Below the pieces are notes generated by a model. The model did no database searches. It was not told where the DNA came from and saw only the letters and a program-made list of their open reading frames with translations. Positions 24,682-33,948 of a stretch of DNA of 64,000 nt are shown piece after piece (the first letter of the stretch is position 1; every line of letters begins with the position of its first letter). Position numbers and translations under genes: made by a program. The stretch comes from Escherichia phage anhysbys: the sequence record NC_052656.1. One strand, 5' to 3'.

Positions 24682-25139
24682 GACAATTCACTATACTGGC
24701 AGCTTATGTGCAATGTGTTCACGATTATGTTAGTGCTCATACAGGTGTGCTGGAAGTTACCAGTAAAATTGAAGGTAATATGGGTACTGTCTGTGTGCAA
24801 CATACTTTATCCAATGTGCCGTTTAAAGTGTTCACTGTTGTAGCTGCCGATTACAATCGCGTAGATGTGCGTTTCTTGGATCGTAATTTTCGTAACGCAC
24901 TAGATAATATCGAAGATTATCTTCCCGTGAAACCTTTGTCATTTCCACCGAGTCGTGCAAATAATGTAGTGACAAATCTTAATGAAAGAAATGTGGCTAT
25001 GCACAAAAAAGTCCGTCAATTGAAAATGCTGATGGAAATGCAAGAAGAGATTGAAAAAGAACTAAAAGAAGATTTTGGTATGCTTCCAAAAGACGCTTTG
25101 AAATGGTATGATGAACTAGGAGGAGAAAGCTATGAATAA
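24678..25139 (+). CDS. hypothetical protein
   Basis: ORF track 153 aa. Confidence 0.55.
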   Translation: MRQFTILAAYVQCVHDYVSAHTGVLEVTSKIEGNMGTVCVQHTLSNVPFKVFTVVAADYNRVDVRFLDRNFRNALDNIEDYLPVKPLSFPPSRANNVVTNLNERNVAMHKKVRQLKMLMEMQEEIEKELKEDFGMLPKDALKWYDELGGESYE

Positions 25140-25326
25140 AGGAACTACTGTATATTTAGTGACTAAGAATACCCCAGGTTGGAGCCAATGCAGCACTGTT
25201 CCTTACAAGATCTGTGCAACATTAGAACTAGCACAACGTGCAGAAGCAGAAGTTGATGCTATGCGATACAGCTACGGTGAAATCATTCCTTTTACTCTTG
25301 AACAAGAAGGAGCACATCATGTTTAA
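25132..25326 (+). CDS. hypothetical protein
   Basis: ORF track 64 aa. Confidence 0.5.
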   Translation: MNKGTTVYLVTKNTPGWSQCSTVPYKICATLELAQRAEAEVDAMRYSYGEIIPFTLEQEGAHHV

Positions 25327-25774
25327 AGTAGGGTTTACTTATAAATTCAAAAGTGTTGTTGACCAAGGAGCTATGGCAACACAGGACAAAGCAAATATTG
25401 CTGTTTGCCAAGCAATTGGAAACGAAGTTTTCAAAGTTATGAATACAGATGATAAGTATGGTCATGTTCTTGAGTTTTATATCAATGGTACCCTCTATAC
25501 AGCAGGTGTTACCCCAGGGTTTAATTCGTATACTTATTTGATTGATAACGAAGAATTTAAATATTTTGAAGAAGTAAAGGAGGAAACAATGGGTAAAGCA
25601 GAACCACAATGGCATGTTGTGATCGTAGGATCAGAGTGTGTAGATGTTTGTTCTAGTTTTGAAAAAGCTTCTGAAGTCGCTACAAAAGCTAAGAAGGATT
25701 ATCCGTCGAAGACGGTTGAGATTTACGCTCGTGTTGCAGTAGCAAACGCCACAATCACTATTGATAAGGAGTAA
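25319..25774 (+). CDS. hypothetical protein (MFK-family tandem paralog 1)
   Basis: Track frame; start refined to MFKVGFTYKFKS; C-terminal region similar to next gene. Confidence 0.55.
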   Translation: MFKVGFTYKFKSVVDQGAMATQDKANIAVCQAIGNEVFKVMNTDDKYGHVLEFYINGTLYTAGVTPGFNSYTYLIDNEEFKYFEEVKEETMGKAEPQWHVVIVGSECVDVCSSFEKASEVATKAKKDYPSKTVEIYARVAVANATITIDKE

Positions 25775-25779
25775 AGCCA

Positions 25780-26235
25780 ATGTTCAAAGAAGGTCATGTC
25801 TACCGTTTCCAGGATGAAGATTATATGCGATTATATTCTACCTTTGATAACAGTATGGCTGCTATCATTGGAGAGAATTTTTTCGAGGTGTTGAGCACTG
25901 ATGCAAATGGTAATATCTTGTCAATTGTTGTGATAGGGAGAGACGGTATTATCACTGCTAGTGATGGGGATCGTTACATAATCAATTCTGCTCATATAGA
26001 TTATTTTGTTGACGGTGGTATTCGTGGTAGTCGTGGAAAACCCCAAGAAGAACCTGTTGATACAACAAAAGAAGAGTGGTATGTTGTAATGACTGATGAC
26101 ACCTGTATTTCTGGATTTGAAAGTTATGAAGAAGCTTTGAAAGAAGCAGCAGAGCATAAAATGGCTAATCCTACAGAAGAGGTTGAAGTTTATAAACGTT
26201 TGGTTGTTGCTACCATCGGCGTATCTTTTGTTTAA
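25780..26235 (+). CDS. hypothetical protein (MFK-family tandem paralog 2)
   Basis: ORF track 151 aa; MFKEGHVYRFQD; C-terminal ..W(H/Y)VV..(S/D)...(F/S)..(A/E)...A....(D/N)P...VE(I/V)Y.R. Confidence 0.55.
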   Translation: MFKEGHVYRFQDEDYMRLYSTFDNSMAAIIGENFFEVLSTDANGNILSIVVIGRDGIITASDGDRYIINSAHIDYFVDGGIRGSRGKPQEEPVDTTKEEWYVVMTDDTCISGFESYEEALKEAAEHKMANPTEEVEVYKRLVVATIGVSFV

Positions 26236-26247
26236 AAGGGGAATGTT

Positions 26248-26685
26248 ATGTTTAAAGTTAATGCTGTTTACTGTTTCAAAAGTAAAGCTGCCTGTGAAGC
26301 TTTCTCTATGATCTCTGATGAAAATTTCAAAATGGCAGCTTTGATTGAAGGGTCTTGTTTCCGCGTCGAAGATGTTAGTGAATCAGGTTCTGTTTGCTCA
26401 TTGACTTTATTGGACAGCGGGGATATTATTGAAGCTGGACAGTATCCGTTCAGAAGTTGGGAGATATTGTTAGCTCGCGGAGAGCGTAACTTTTTTATGT
26501 GCGTGTCTGCGGGGGAAGTTGTGAAAGAAACTAAGGATGTTTCTGTTTACAATTCTGAATTTATAAGTTATAGTGAGTATCAACATCTGGAAGGCATTGT
26601 TGGTCACTTGTTATCTCTGATTGACATTGAATGTGACTTGCCTGAATCATTGAAAGAAGAGTTGAAAGCATTAGATCTGCTGTAA
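26248..26685 (+). CDS. hypothetical protein (MFK-family tandem paralog 3)
   Basis: ORF track 145 aa; MFKVNAVYCFKS. Confidence 0.55.
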   Translation: MFKVNAVYCFKSKAACEAFSMISDENFKMAALIEGSCFRVEDVSESGSVCSLTLLDSGDIIEAGQYPFRSWEILLARGERNFFMCVSAGEVVKETKDVSVYNSEFISYSEYQHLEGIVGHLLSLIDIECDLPESLKEELKALDLL

Positions 26686-26712
26686 TGTTTGACACAACGA
26701 AAGGAGAATAAG

Positions 26713-27012
26713 ATGAATCTGACTGAACAGTTACGCCGTATTGCAAAAGAAGCTTCCTTCAACTTCCCTGTTGAAGAAGTGATCGAGACATGTTTTGCTG
26801 AAGCACGAGCGGGAAACTCTTCAAGAAATTTCACACCATCTGATTTTGGTTTGGATAATTCTCCTACTCATCCAGGGGAAATCTACAATCAGGTGAAGTG
26901 GATGGATGAAGCAGTAGCAATTCTTCGTGAGCGTGGGCTTATTGTTTATAAAGAAATGGATCTGAACGGGGCATACGAGTGGATCACTATTGATTGGTCC
27001 GAGGTGAAATGA
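26713..27012 (+). CDS. hypothetical protein
   Basis: Track frame; start refined to MNLTEQLRR after AAAGGAG. Confidence 0.55.
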   Translation: MNLTEQLRRIAKEASFNFPVEEVIETCFAEARAGNSSRNFTPSDFGLDNSPTHPGEIYNQVKWMDEAVAILRERGLIVYKEMDLNGAYEWITIDWSEVK

Positions 27013-27245
27013 TGAAAGGTAACAAGATGAAAGTTAATCAAGTGCCGAGCGCATACACTTTGTGGCTTGCGCGAGCGTTACACCAGACGATCAAAAACCC
27101 TAAGAAGCCAATGAAGAGCGGGAAGAAGTTTATGTCTAAGGGCAAAACAACCTTTGGCTTCACTCGTATGTCTGTTAAGATGAAAAGACTGGGGTACAAG
27201 CCAAACTACGCTCGTTACCCTTCTGAATACAACTGGTTTGACTAA
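27009..27245 (+). CDS. hypothetical basic protein
   Basis: Track frame; Lys/Arg-rich. Confidence 0.5.
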   Translation: MMKGNKMKVNQVPSAYTLWLARALHQTIKNPKKPMKSGKKFMSKGKTTFGFTRMSVKMKRLGYKPNYARYPSEYNWFD

Positions 27246-27257
27246 AAGGAGAAAGCA

Positions 27258-27731
27258 ATGGCAGGTTTGAAACTGGAGATGTTGACAAAGCAAGAATTTG
27301 TTCCCGAACACGGTGAAACTTACATTGCTTTCTTGATTAGTGATTTTTATGGGGATTTAGAGTATGTTGAACTGGAATGTGAGTTTCACTACCAAATGAT
27401 TGACGCAGAAACTGGTCATTGTCTGGGTACGTCTGCGGTGTATAATGGTGATAATGGCATTCCTTTTCATACCCCAATGAGGTACGAAGCGAAAAACCGA
27501 TTCAAACTTCTCACAGAAGAAGAAAAAGAGACATATAAATATCACGAAGAGGAGGATCAACGCTTCTGGTGGGAGAAAACTTGGTTCCTGTCTGATCGCC
27601 GTAATCTTCAGATTCACCCAGAAGAACTGGATGAAATGTCTATTGGCATTATGAAGAAGAAAGACTTCATGTTCCAGGTGAGAGAAGCTAATAAGCTCCG
27701 TATTGCAATTAAAGAGGAGAACAAAACATGA
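27258..27731 (+). CDS. hypothetical protein
   Basis: ORF track 157 aa; AAGGAG RBS. Confidence 0.55.
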   Translation: MAGLKLEMLTKQEFVPEHGETYIAFLISDFYGDLEYVELECEFHYQMIDAETGHCLGTSAVYNGDNGIPFHTPMRYEAKNRFKLLTEEEKETYKYHEEEDQRFWWEKTWFLSDRRNLQIHPEELDEMSIGIMKKKDFMFQVREANKLRIAIKEENKT

Positions 27732-28012
27732 AAACATCTATTCGCGTAAAACATGATCCAAACAGCAGTTACCCATACGCGGATGTTGAACGTCATGAAG
27801 GAGACTATTACACCATAAAACGTAAAGTCCCAACTGATACAGGGTTTAACTTTGATGTTATTGCGCTGGATGATCAAGGTGTTGATAATCTGGTGAACGC
27901 ATTACTCGCATTGAAGGAAGTACGACATGAAAATCAGACTAAAGGTAAAGTGGCTTTCGATTCTTGTGATCGTTTAGCCGAAGAGATTGCCGAATGGCGT
28001 GACACTAACTAA
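27728..28012 (+). CDS. hypothetical protein
   Basis: ORF track 94 aa. Confidence 0.55.
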   Translation: MKTSIRVKHDPNSSYPYADVERHEGDYYTIKRKVPTDTGFNFDVIALDDQGVDNLVNALLALKEVRHENQTKGKVAFDSCDRLAEEIAEWRDTN

Positions 28013-28027
28013 AACAGGAGAAAGATT

Positions 28028-28204
28028 ATGGCTACTTTTCAACAACTGAAAGATGTTTCACGTTTAGTAAGAAAAATCCGAGAAGCAGACGCTGCTGTGC
28101 GGAATGCACTAACGCCAGCAGAGCGTGAAGATCTTGAAGAGGAGGTGAAAACAGCCGAGAATGCTTTTGCTGTGTATCTTGCAACACTGCATACAGGAGG
28201 TTAA
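28028..28204 (+). CDS. small hypothetical protein (~58 aa)
   Basis: Own translation MATFQQLKDVSRLVRKIREADAAVRNALTPAERED...; AGGAGAAAG RBS; fills gap. Confidence 0.4.
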   Translation: MATFQQLKDVSRLVRKIREADAAVRNALTPAEREDLEEEVKTAENAFAVYLATLHTGG

Positions 28205-28519
28205 ATGTCAGAGGAACTTAAAGAATTTTATCAGGCATATCATAACTGGCTATTAGCTGGTGCTCCAGATAATAATCCTTTCTGGCATGATAAAGGATTA
28301 TGTAGTTGTCTCTACCTTTGGACTGGTGGTTACGATGATCTAAATTATGAAATGCAAATGCAATTTCGAGAAGCAGGGTTGTCTGAAGAATACCCGTTTG
28401 ATGACGGAGACTGGTTTAAATATGATTTTGCACAAAGAAACGGGCTATTGCATTTGAATGCTGCCCGTATAAAATGGGTAAAAGATCATGCTACACAGGA
28501 GGATGTGCAATGCCAATAG
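28205..28519 (+). CDS. FY-WL/GLC/WVKDR family protein, paralog 3
   Basis: ORF track 104 aa; FYQAYHNWLLAGAP, KGLCSCL, RIKWVKDH. Confidence 0.65.
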   Translation: MSEELKEFYQAYHNWLLAGAPDNNPFWHDKGLCSCLYLWTGGYDDLNYEMQMQFREAGLSEEYPFDDGDWFKYDFAQRNGLLHLNAARIKWVKDHATQEDVQCQ

Positions 28520-28710
28520 TGTTTAGTTTCTTGGTAATTGTTATGGTTGTTCTTTTCGCAGCATGGCTTTGGGATTTTGACCCAGGAGCAGCGCAGCAAA
28601 GAGCTACAGACTGGAAAGAACAATGTATTGTGCTCAAACATGAACGAAATGCGGAGAAATTTCTTGACCTGGAGTGTGATCGCCTTGTAAGATACAAGCA
28701 AGATAAATAA
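28510..28710 (+). CDS. small membrane protein
   Basis: Track frame; start refined to MPIVFSFLVIVMVVLFAAWLW. Confidence 0.45.
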   Translation: MPIVFSFLVIVMVVLFAAWLWDFDPGAAQQRATDWKEQCIVLKHERNAEKFLDLECDRLVRYKQDK

Positions 28711-28724
28711 CTTTGAGGTGCAAA

Positions 28725-28913
28725 ATGGTAATTGAGATTAAACTTGAATATGCTGGCGCTGTTGCTCTGATCGCACAAATGCTTGGAGCAAAGATTGAAG
28801 AAGTGTATATCAATGCCTGGAGCGTAGAGATTGATGTTCCTATGGACAACATTGCTAATCGCTTGCTGGTGGCAGAGTGTGAACGCACCAACATAATCTA
28901 CAAAGGAGCATAA
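28725..28913 (+). CDS. hypothetical protein
   Basis: Track frame; start refined to MVIEIKLEY. Confidence 0.45.
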   Translation: MVIEIKLEYAGAVALIAQMLGAKIEEVYINAWSVEIDVPMDNIANRLLVAECERTNIIYKGA

Positions 28914-28914
28914 T

Positions 28915-29136
28915 ATGAAAATTAGAGTTTGTGATGTATTGGGTTATGTTGGTTTTGAGAATGTTCAGATTCCTTTTGTTGTTGAAGCACATCTTGTTAG
29001 CGATGACATGACAACATTCTTTGTTACGATAGAAGAAATGTCCAAAGTTGAGGGATGGGAGTGGTTTGAAGAAGATGTTTGGGAAGGTTGTGATTACGTA
29101 TTTTTCTCTGATGAAGTGAATGTTCTTTCGGAGTAG
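28915..29136 (+). CDS. hypothetical acidic protein
   Basis: ORF track 73 aa. Confidence 0.5.
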   Translation: MKIRVCDVLGYVGFENVQIPFVVEAHLVSDDMTTFFVTIEEMSKVEGWEWFEEDVWEGCDYVFFSDEVNVLSE

Positions 29137-29138
29137 GT

Positions 29139-29345
29139 ATGTCTTGTTTTACAAAAGCAGTATCCATATGTAAGAAACAGTATGAAAGTGACTACGGAAT
29201 ATTTAATATTCCAGTGGATCATACGGAGTATTGTTCATGTGGTGGCAGAATGAAGAAAACAGTGATTTATGCGGATAATGGAGATGAACTTGTTCCGGTT
29301 ATGGTTTGCAAAGCTTGTCATTCTGTTAAAACATTAAAAGCGTAA
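29139..29345 (+). CDS. small zinc-ribbon protein
   Basis: ORF track 68 aa; C..C ... CSCGG ... CKAC. Confidence 0.5.
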   Translation: MSCFTKAVSICKKQYESDYGIFNIPVDHTEYCSCGGRMKKTVIYADNGDELVPVMVCKACHSVKTLKA

Positions 29346-29440
29346 GGAGTCGGGACACCCGACGATTGGAGCTAAAAATTTTGCGTACAACCCTTTCCGC
29401 CCAACAGGGGCGCGTCGGGTAAATAAAGAGGAGAGTTTAT

Positions 29441-29839
29441 ATGAAAAAGATCATCGTAGGTTTATTGTTACTCATTGCGTCACTTGGAACAGCAAATGCG
29501 TCTCAAGTTTATGAGTGTGTGTCAGATGTGGTTGTTAAAAATCTGAAAGGTGAAGTGATTTCTGGTCCTAAGAAAATGGCTTCTGTTGTCATTAATAAAG
29601 ATAACTCCTTTATCCTTAAAAATTCAGGTGGTGCTTTGATGAGTGGCATTCTGCAATACACAGGAGAAAAAAGTAAAGATGGTAGTGCTATGTACGGTTC
29701 GCAACAGTTTATTGGCACTACTGAAGTTGTGATGATGCGCACAGAGTATCGAGACACTTTAGCTTGGTTTGCATTTCTAAAAAATGATAAAACAATAACG
29801 AATGTTCTTACTCTAGAAGCTGATTGTACGCAACGATAA
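29441..29839 (+). CDS. putative secreted protein
   Basis: ORF track 132 aa; signal peptide MKKIIVGLLLLIASLGTANA; AGGAGAG RBS. Confidence 0.6.
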   Translation: MKKIIVGLLLLIASLGTANASQVYECVSDVVVKNLKGEVISGPKKMASVVINKDNSFILKNSGGALMSGILQYTGEKSKDGSAMYGSQQFIGTTEVVMMRTEYRDTLAWFAFLKNDKTITNVLTLEADCTQR

Positions 29840-29849
29840 GGGGGTATTT

Positions 29850-30296
29850 ATGACTAAAGTGCGACATTATGCTGTAAACTGCAATGATGTTTGGCGTTTG
29901 TGTCCTGATGATCCGACAGAAGGCACATTTGTAAAATATGAGGATTATAAAGAGTTATCGGATGCTGTGATCGCATTGTTAACTGATATCCGTTCACGTT
30001 ATCCAGGACAAGATTTCACTTGCCCTCACATCAAACTTCTTGCTTGTCTGGTAGAAGATGAGAAAGAAGTGGAAGATGGCTTCAAGCGTGTAGAGTATCA
30101 AGGTGAAACTTTAGATGTTCCTGAATTTGTTAATTATATTGCAACAGACTCGGATGGTGATCGTTATGGTTACAGCCATAAGCCAGAGATTCCTGATTGG
30201 ATTCCCGCTTGGCGTATTTCCGTTAGTACCGGAGACTATATCTTCCTTGGCGTAGGTAGTAGTAAGGATTGGCGTTTCTCTTTGACAGAGGTTTAA
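29850..30296 (+). CDS. hypothetical protein
   Basis: ORF track 148 aa. Confidence 0.55.
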   Translation: MTKVRHYAVNCNDVWRLCPDDPTEGTFVKYEDYKELSDAVIALLTDIRSRYPGQDFTCPHIKLLACLVEDEKEVEDGFKRVEYQGETLDVPEFVNYIATDSDGDRYGYSHKPEIPDWIPAWRISVSTGDYIFLGVGSSKDWRFSLTEV

Positions 30297-30300
30297 TAAT

Positions 30301-30564
30301 ATGAAAGAGACATTGCCAGCAGCATACCGTTTGAATGATGAGCGTATTTGGGAGTGGACCGACGTTTCTTGTTTTTACCCTGAGATAGTTCAATATTGGC
30401 GAGCGAAAGGGTGTGTTGTAGTTATCAACCCTTGTGGACCAGTAGATGAAGATTGCTTGTATCTCGATGGAAAGTGGCACAGTTATTGTCGCTGGCCTTT
30501 TGAGTGGATGTGTAAAGAAGATCTCCCAGAGGGTTGGGAGTATCCAAAAGCAAATAGGAGATAA
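30301..30564 (+). CDS. hypothetical protein
   Basis: ORF track 87 aa. Confidence 0.5.
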   Translation: MKETLPAAYRLNDERIWEWTDVSCFYPEIVQYWRAKGCVVVINPCGPVDEDCLYLDGKWHSYCRWPFEWMCKEDLPEGWEYPKANRR

Positions 30565-30565
30565 T

Positions 30566-30928
30566 ATGTCTAAAGATTTTGTTGAAGTATTTGTCAAAGA
30601 TGAAGAAACTGGTTTAGGCACGGGTTTCATTTGTGAAGAAACTTTTAAGCGTGAACAAGAAAAAGCCATTCTTATGCACCGCTATGATCATGCATTAGAA
30701 CAATGGAAAAATGCAGAACAAAAATGCAAAAACCTTTACGCAGAAAATAGAAAACTACAAGATCAAATGGAGTTGTTAGCTATCAGTTTACGATCTCTCA
30801 TTTTGGCTGTAGAAGATGGTTTTAAAAATCCAGATGGTTTTCCTGTGAGCGATATTGAACATGATTTGTATCTTGCTCGTGGTGCTTACTTTTATGTTAA
30901 ACAGAAGCCTGTAGAAGGAGAGAAATGA
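30566..30928 (+). CDS. hypothetical protein
   Basis: Track frame 30446-30928; start refined to MSKDFVEVF after AGGAGA. Confidence 0.55.
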   Translation: MSKDFVEVFVKDEETGLGTGFICEETFKREQEKAILMHRYDHALEQWKNAEQKCKNLYAENRKLQDQMELLAISLRSLILAVEDGFKNPDGFPVSDIEHDLYLARGAYFYVKQKPVEGEK

Positions 30929-31125
30929 TGGAAGAAAAACTGGAACGTATTATCGAGTTAGCCATGTCTATTGGCTACGACGATTGTTTTCTCCAAACTA
31001 TTGGAGAAACACAGAACGATTACGACTCTTGGGTGAAAGAGTTGGAAGAACTCAAAACTTCCTTGATTGCTGACTTTGCTTACGCAGAGAATAAAGCAGA
31101 TCGTTACAACTATCTGTGTCGATAA
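30925..31125 (+). CDS. hypothetical protein
   Basis: ORF track 66 aa. Confidence 0.5.
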   Translation: MMEEKLERIIELAMSIGYDDCFLQTIGETQNDYDSWVKELEELKTSLIADFAYAENKADRYNYLCR

Positions 31126-31187
31126 GCCTTGACATTTATTTTATGTATGGTATACATACATTATCAACGTGAGAAAGGTGGTGTAAT

Positions 31188-31460
31188 ATGAATAAAGATC
31201 GGTTTCTTTCTTTAGTCGCGGAAGCGCCTTTTGATGTTCTTGGGGTGAGATTATGGAAAGACAGAAACTATGGGTTAGATGTTCAAACATATTCTCTTTG
31301 GTTGGTTGGGGAGCACAGCTTAGATGAAAGCTTGTGCATGGGTAGGGATTCTCGTTCCCTTTGTTTAAAGTTTAGAAGCTTAGAACGCGCAAACAAAGAG
31401 CAAGAAAAACTAACGAGGTGGCTAAATGAAAACAAGCGCAGGGTTGATGGAGTTTTATAA
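31188..31460 (+). CDS. hypothetical protein
   Basis: ORF track 90 aa; TTGACA promoter-like upstream. Confidence 0.5.
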   Translation: MNKDRFLSLVAEAPFDVLGVRLWKDRNYGLDVQTYSLWLVGEHSLDESLCMGRDSRSLCLKFRSLERANKEQEKLTRWLNENKRRVDGVL

Positions 31461-31752
31461 AATTTATCTAGCATGGATTGATGTTGGTGCTCCTGATGGT
31501 AAACCTTTTCGGCGAGATTGCGGTTTGTGTGCCAACTTGTTCGATTATGTGCACGCAGATGGCTACAATCTCCTTATAACAACCTTGTCAGACGAAATGC
31601 ACTCACAGTTCTACTACAAAGGGTTGAGTCAACAACTCCCTTTCAATGAGAACTACGATGCATATGTCTTAGAATCAGATGCAGAGGTATGTCACCTGAA
31701 CGTGGACAGGATTAATTGGGTAAGAGATCGTATTGCAGAGGAGGATGAATAA
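31426..31752 (+). CDS. FY-WL/GLC/WVKDR family protein, paralog 4
   Basis: ORF track 108 aa; FYKIYLAWIDVGAPDGKPF, CGLCANL, RINWVRDRI. Confidence 0.65.
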   Translation: MKTSAGLMEFYKIYLAWIDVGAPDGKPFRRDCGLCANLFDYVHADGYNLLITTLSDEMHSQFYYKGLSQQLPFNENYDAYVLESDAEVCHLNVDRINWVRDRIAEEDE

Positions 31753-31979
31753 TGTCGGATTATAACTGGTATGAACTTGAGGCTGTTTGTCAGTTTTATG
31801 ACTCAATAGTTCTGCGTGATCCAATCTGTCAAGAATTGAGTCGCCGTGCAAGTGCATTGGCAATCAATGTTAAAGTGCACGATTGGAACGCAGATCTGGA
31901 AAAAGAATTGGAATTCCTTTTGGAAACAACCTGTGTCTTCCATAAAGTGTTCCCTGAATGGTTTGAGATGGAGGAATAA
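31752..31979 (+). CDS. hypothetical protein
   Basis: ORF track 75 aa. Confidence 0.5.
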   Translation: MSDYNWYELEAVCQFYDSIVLRDPICQELSRRASALAINVKVHDWNADLEKELEFLLETTCVFHKVFPEWFEMEE

Positions 31980-31981
31980 GC

Positions 31982-32194
31982 ATGTGGATTGTCCGTCTTA
32001 AGTATGATGGCAAGTTTCCGTGGGAGAAAGATGTTTGTGCCTGTGATTCAGCAGCACATGCCAAAGCAGCGGGTCAGGCAGTAGTTGACATGTATAACAA
32101 CACCCCCTTTGATCCAGAAATGGCAGGTGTTACAATGAGCATGTTCACTTACTATTCTTTTGAGGTTTACTATCACGAAGGAGAGTGGAAATGA
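31982..32194 (+). CDS. hypothetical protein
   Basis: ORF track 70 aa. Confidence 0.5.
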   Translation: MWIVRLKYDGKFPWEKDVCACDSAAHAKAAGQAVVDMYNNTPFDPEMAGVTMSMFTYYSFEVYYHEGEWK

Positions 32195-32511
32195 GCGAAG
32201 AGCTATTAACATTTTACCGCACGTATTTGGCATGGTTGGAAGCTGGTGCTCCTGAAGGTGAACCGTTCACCCGTTGCACAGGTTTGTGCACGAACCTCTA
32301 TGATTTTTACGACATAGGAGAAAGCGAACGATACGAACCTGTACTGGATGAAATGCATGAGCAGTTCTACCTCAAAGGTTTGGTTATGGTGTTGCCTTTC
32401 AACAGTAATTTTGGAAAGTACACCTTAGAAGCGGAAAAAGGCCGTTGTCATTTGAATGTGGATCGTGTGAACTGGGTAAAAGAACGTGTAGCAGAAGAAA
32501 TAATTGGTTGA
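32191..32511 (+). CDS. FY-WL/GLC/WVKDR family protein, paralog 5
   Basis: Track frame; FYRTYLAWLEAGAPEGEPF, TGLCTNL, RVNWVKERV; closest to paralog 4. Confidence 0.65.
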   Translation: MSEELLTFYRTYLAWLEAGAPEGEPFTRCTGLCTNLYDFYDIGESERYEPVLDEMHEQFYLKGLVMVLPFNSNFGKYTLEAEKGRCHLNVDRVNWVKERVAEEIIG

Positions 32512-32565
32512 CAGAAGGATCTGTCTTTGTCATAATCGTCTCATCGAAACAGAGAGGAGAAAATC

Positions 32566-32979
32566 ATGAAAAAGTTTATTTGCACCCGTTCCACTAACAG
32601 TGATATCCTTGTAGGTAAAGTTATCAAAGGAGAACTCTTCCATGCAAACGGTAAGAAATATATTCTGCTGAAAGATTCTTTCAACGGGGAATATCCGCGC
32701 TGCACTTTCTTCAATTACAATACTCCATTTGCTTTAGAAGGAGATGCTTGGGACTGGGCTGAACTTCATCCTTGTTGTGAGGAAGAAGAATCTATGTTCT
32801 TAGGTTTAAACGTTTACCGTGTAGATTACACCATGTGCGGAGCGGAATATTCTGTTCGCGTAGAAGCCGAATCCAAACTACAAGCACCTTTCAAGGCGGG
32901 ATTGACTTTGGGTCATTGTTTGGCAAACATTGAAGATGTTGTGATCCAAAGAGTTGTTTTAGAGAAAGAGGCTATTTGA
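32566..32979 (+). CDS. hypothetical protein
   Basis: ORF track 137 aa; GAGAGGAG RBS. Confidence 0.55.
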   Translation: MKKFICTRSTNSDILVGKVIKGELFHANGKKYILLKDSFNGEYPRCTFFNYNTPFALEGDAWDWAELHPCCEEEESMFLGLNVYRVDYTMCGAEYSVRVEAESKLQAPFKAGLTLGHCLANIEDVVIQRVVLEKEAI

Positions 32980-33031
32980 CAGAAGACGGTACAATATTTA
33001 AAATATAAAGATTAACCACAAAGGAGAGAAT

Positions 33032-33331
33032 ATGCAAGTTGAAGACCTGATCCACATTCTGAATAAAGCTAAAGAGAAGGGTGCTATCAAAGACTGGAAA
33101 CGTGAAACAAGTGAAGATTTATCTCATTGTTGCCGAGAATTTTACATCGAAGGTATTGCTGACGATCATTATACTATTGAATGGTATATCAACTTAATGA
33201 CTCTTAAGCACGGTTCATTTGAGGTTTGGTTTGATGATATTGATGTAAATGGTTTCCATCCTGGCTATAAAATCGCTATGCAGTTATCTTATCGTAGAGA
33301 AGTTGTAGCACATTTGGGTTTACATAACTAA
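33032..33331 (+). CDS. hypothetical protein
   Basis: ORF track 99 aa. Confidence 0.55.
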   Translation: MQVEDLIHILNKAKEKGAIKDWKRETSEDLSHCCREFYIEGIADDHYTIEWYINLMTLKHGSFEVWFDDIDVNGFHPGYKIAMQLSYRREVVAHLGLHN

Positions 33332-33341
33332 GGAGAAAAGA

Positions 33342-33665
33342 ATGCAAGCAGTTGTTAACGAAGCTATTATGAACTTATCCTTCTTGTTAGCTGGTTTAGG
33401 AGGTGTTCTCATAGGTTTGGCTCTTATCTGGTGTATTCGTCGATTAATCGGGTACCGACAAAAAGGTGTTTCATGTTTTGTATCTTACAATTTTACAACT
33501 GCTTACAGCAATGAGGTTGGATCTGGCAATGCTCAAGCATTTTTACCAACATATCCTCCTACGGTGGAAGATATTCGAAACTTGGAAGTAGAACTTATGG
33601 GACTAGGTGATAACTATACATCTCTAGTTATTCAAAATATTTTTCGACTAAAACAGGGGGCGTGA
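33342..33665 (+). CDS. membrane protein
   Basis: ORF track 107 aa; hydrophobic LSFLLAGLGGVLIGLALIWCI. Confidence 0.5.
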   Translation: MQAVVNEAIMNLSFLLAGLGGVLIGLALIWCIRRLIGYRQKGVSCFVSYNFTTAYSNEVGSGNAQAFLPTYPPTVEDIRNLEVELMGLGDNYTSLVIQNIFRLKQGA

Positions 33666-33878
33666 ATGAAGGTATATTACCCTCATCCGTTTGATCCTAA
33701 AAACAAAGCCGTAATTCTTCGTCAGTGGCAACGGGTTTGTCGTACTAAATGTCCAATCAATAGCCCACACAATGTAGACAAGGACTATCTTGGGACATTT
33801 GTTGAATACACTTACATAGACAAAAACAAGCGTAAACAACATGTCGAGGAATACTGCTTAAGAGTAGAATGGCTGTAA
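33666..33878 (+). CDS. hypothetical protein
   Basis: ORF track 70 aa. Confidence 0.5.
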   Translation: MKVYYPHPFDPKNKAVILRQWQRVCRTKCPINSPHNVDKDYLGTFVEYTYIDKNKRKQHVEEYCLRVEWL

Positions 33879-33948
33879 ATAATAAATACCTTGACAAGTG
33901 TTTATTCATTTTGTAAAGTGAGAATACAGCAATGGTTTAGGAGTGGTT

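Noticed and set aside
29345-29440. Hairpins GTCGGGACACCCGAC and neighbouring GC-rich stem as a terminator
   Set aside because: No downstream T-run; more likely an intercistronic structural element. Not listed as a terminator.
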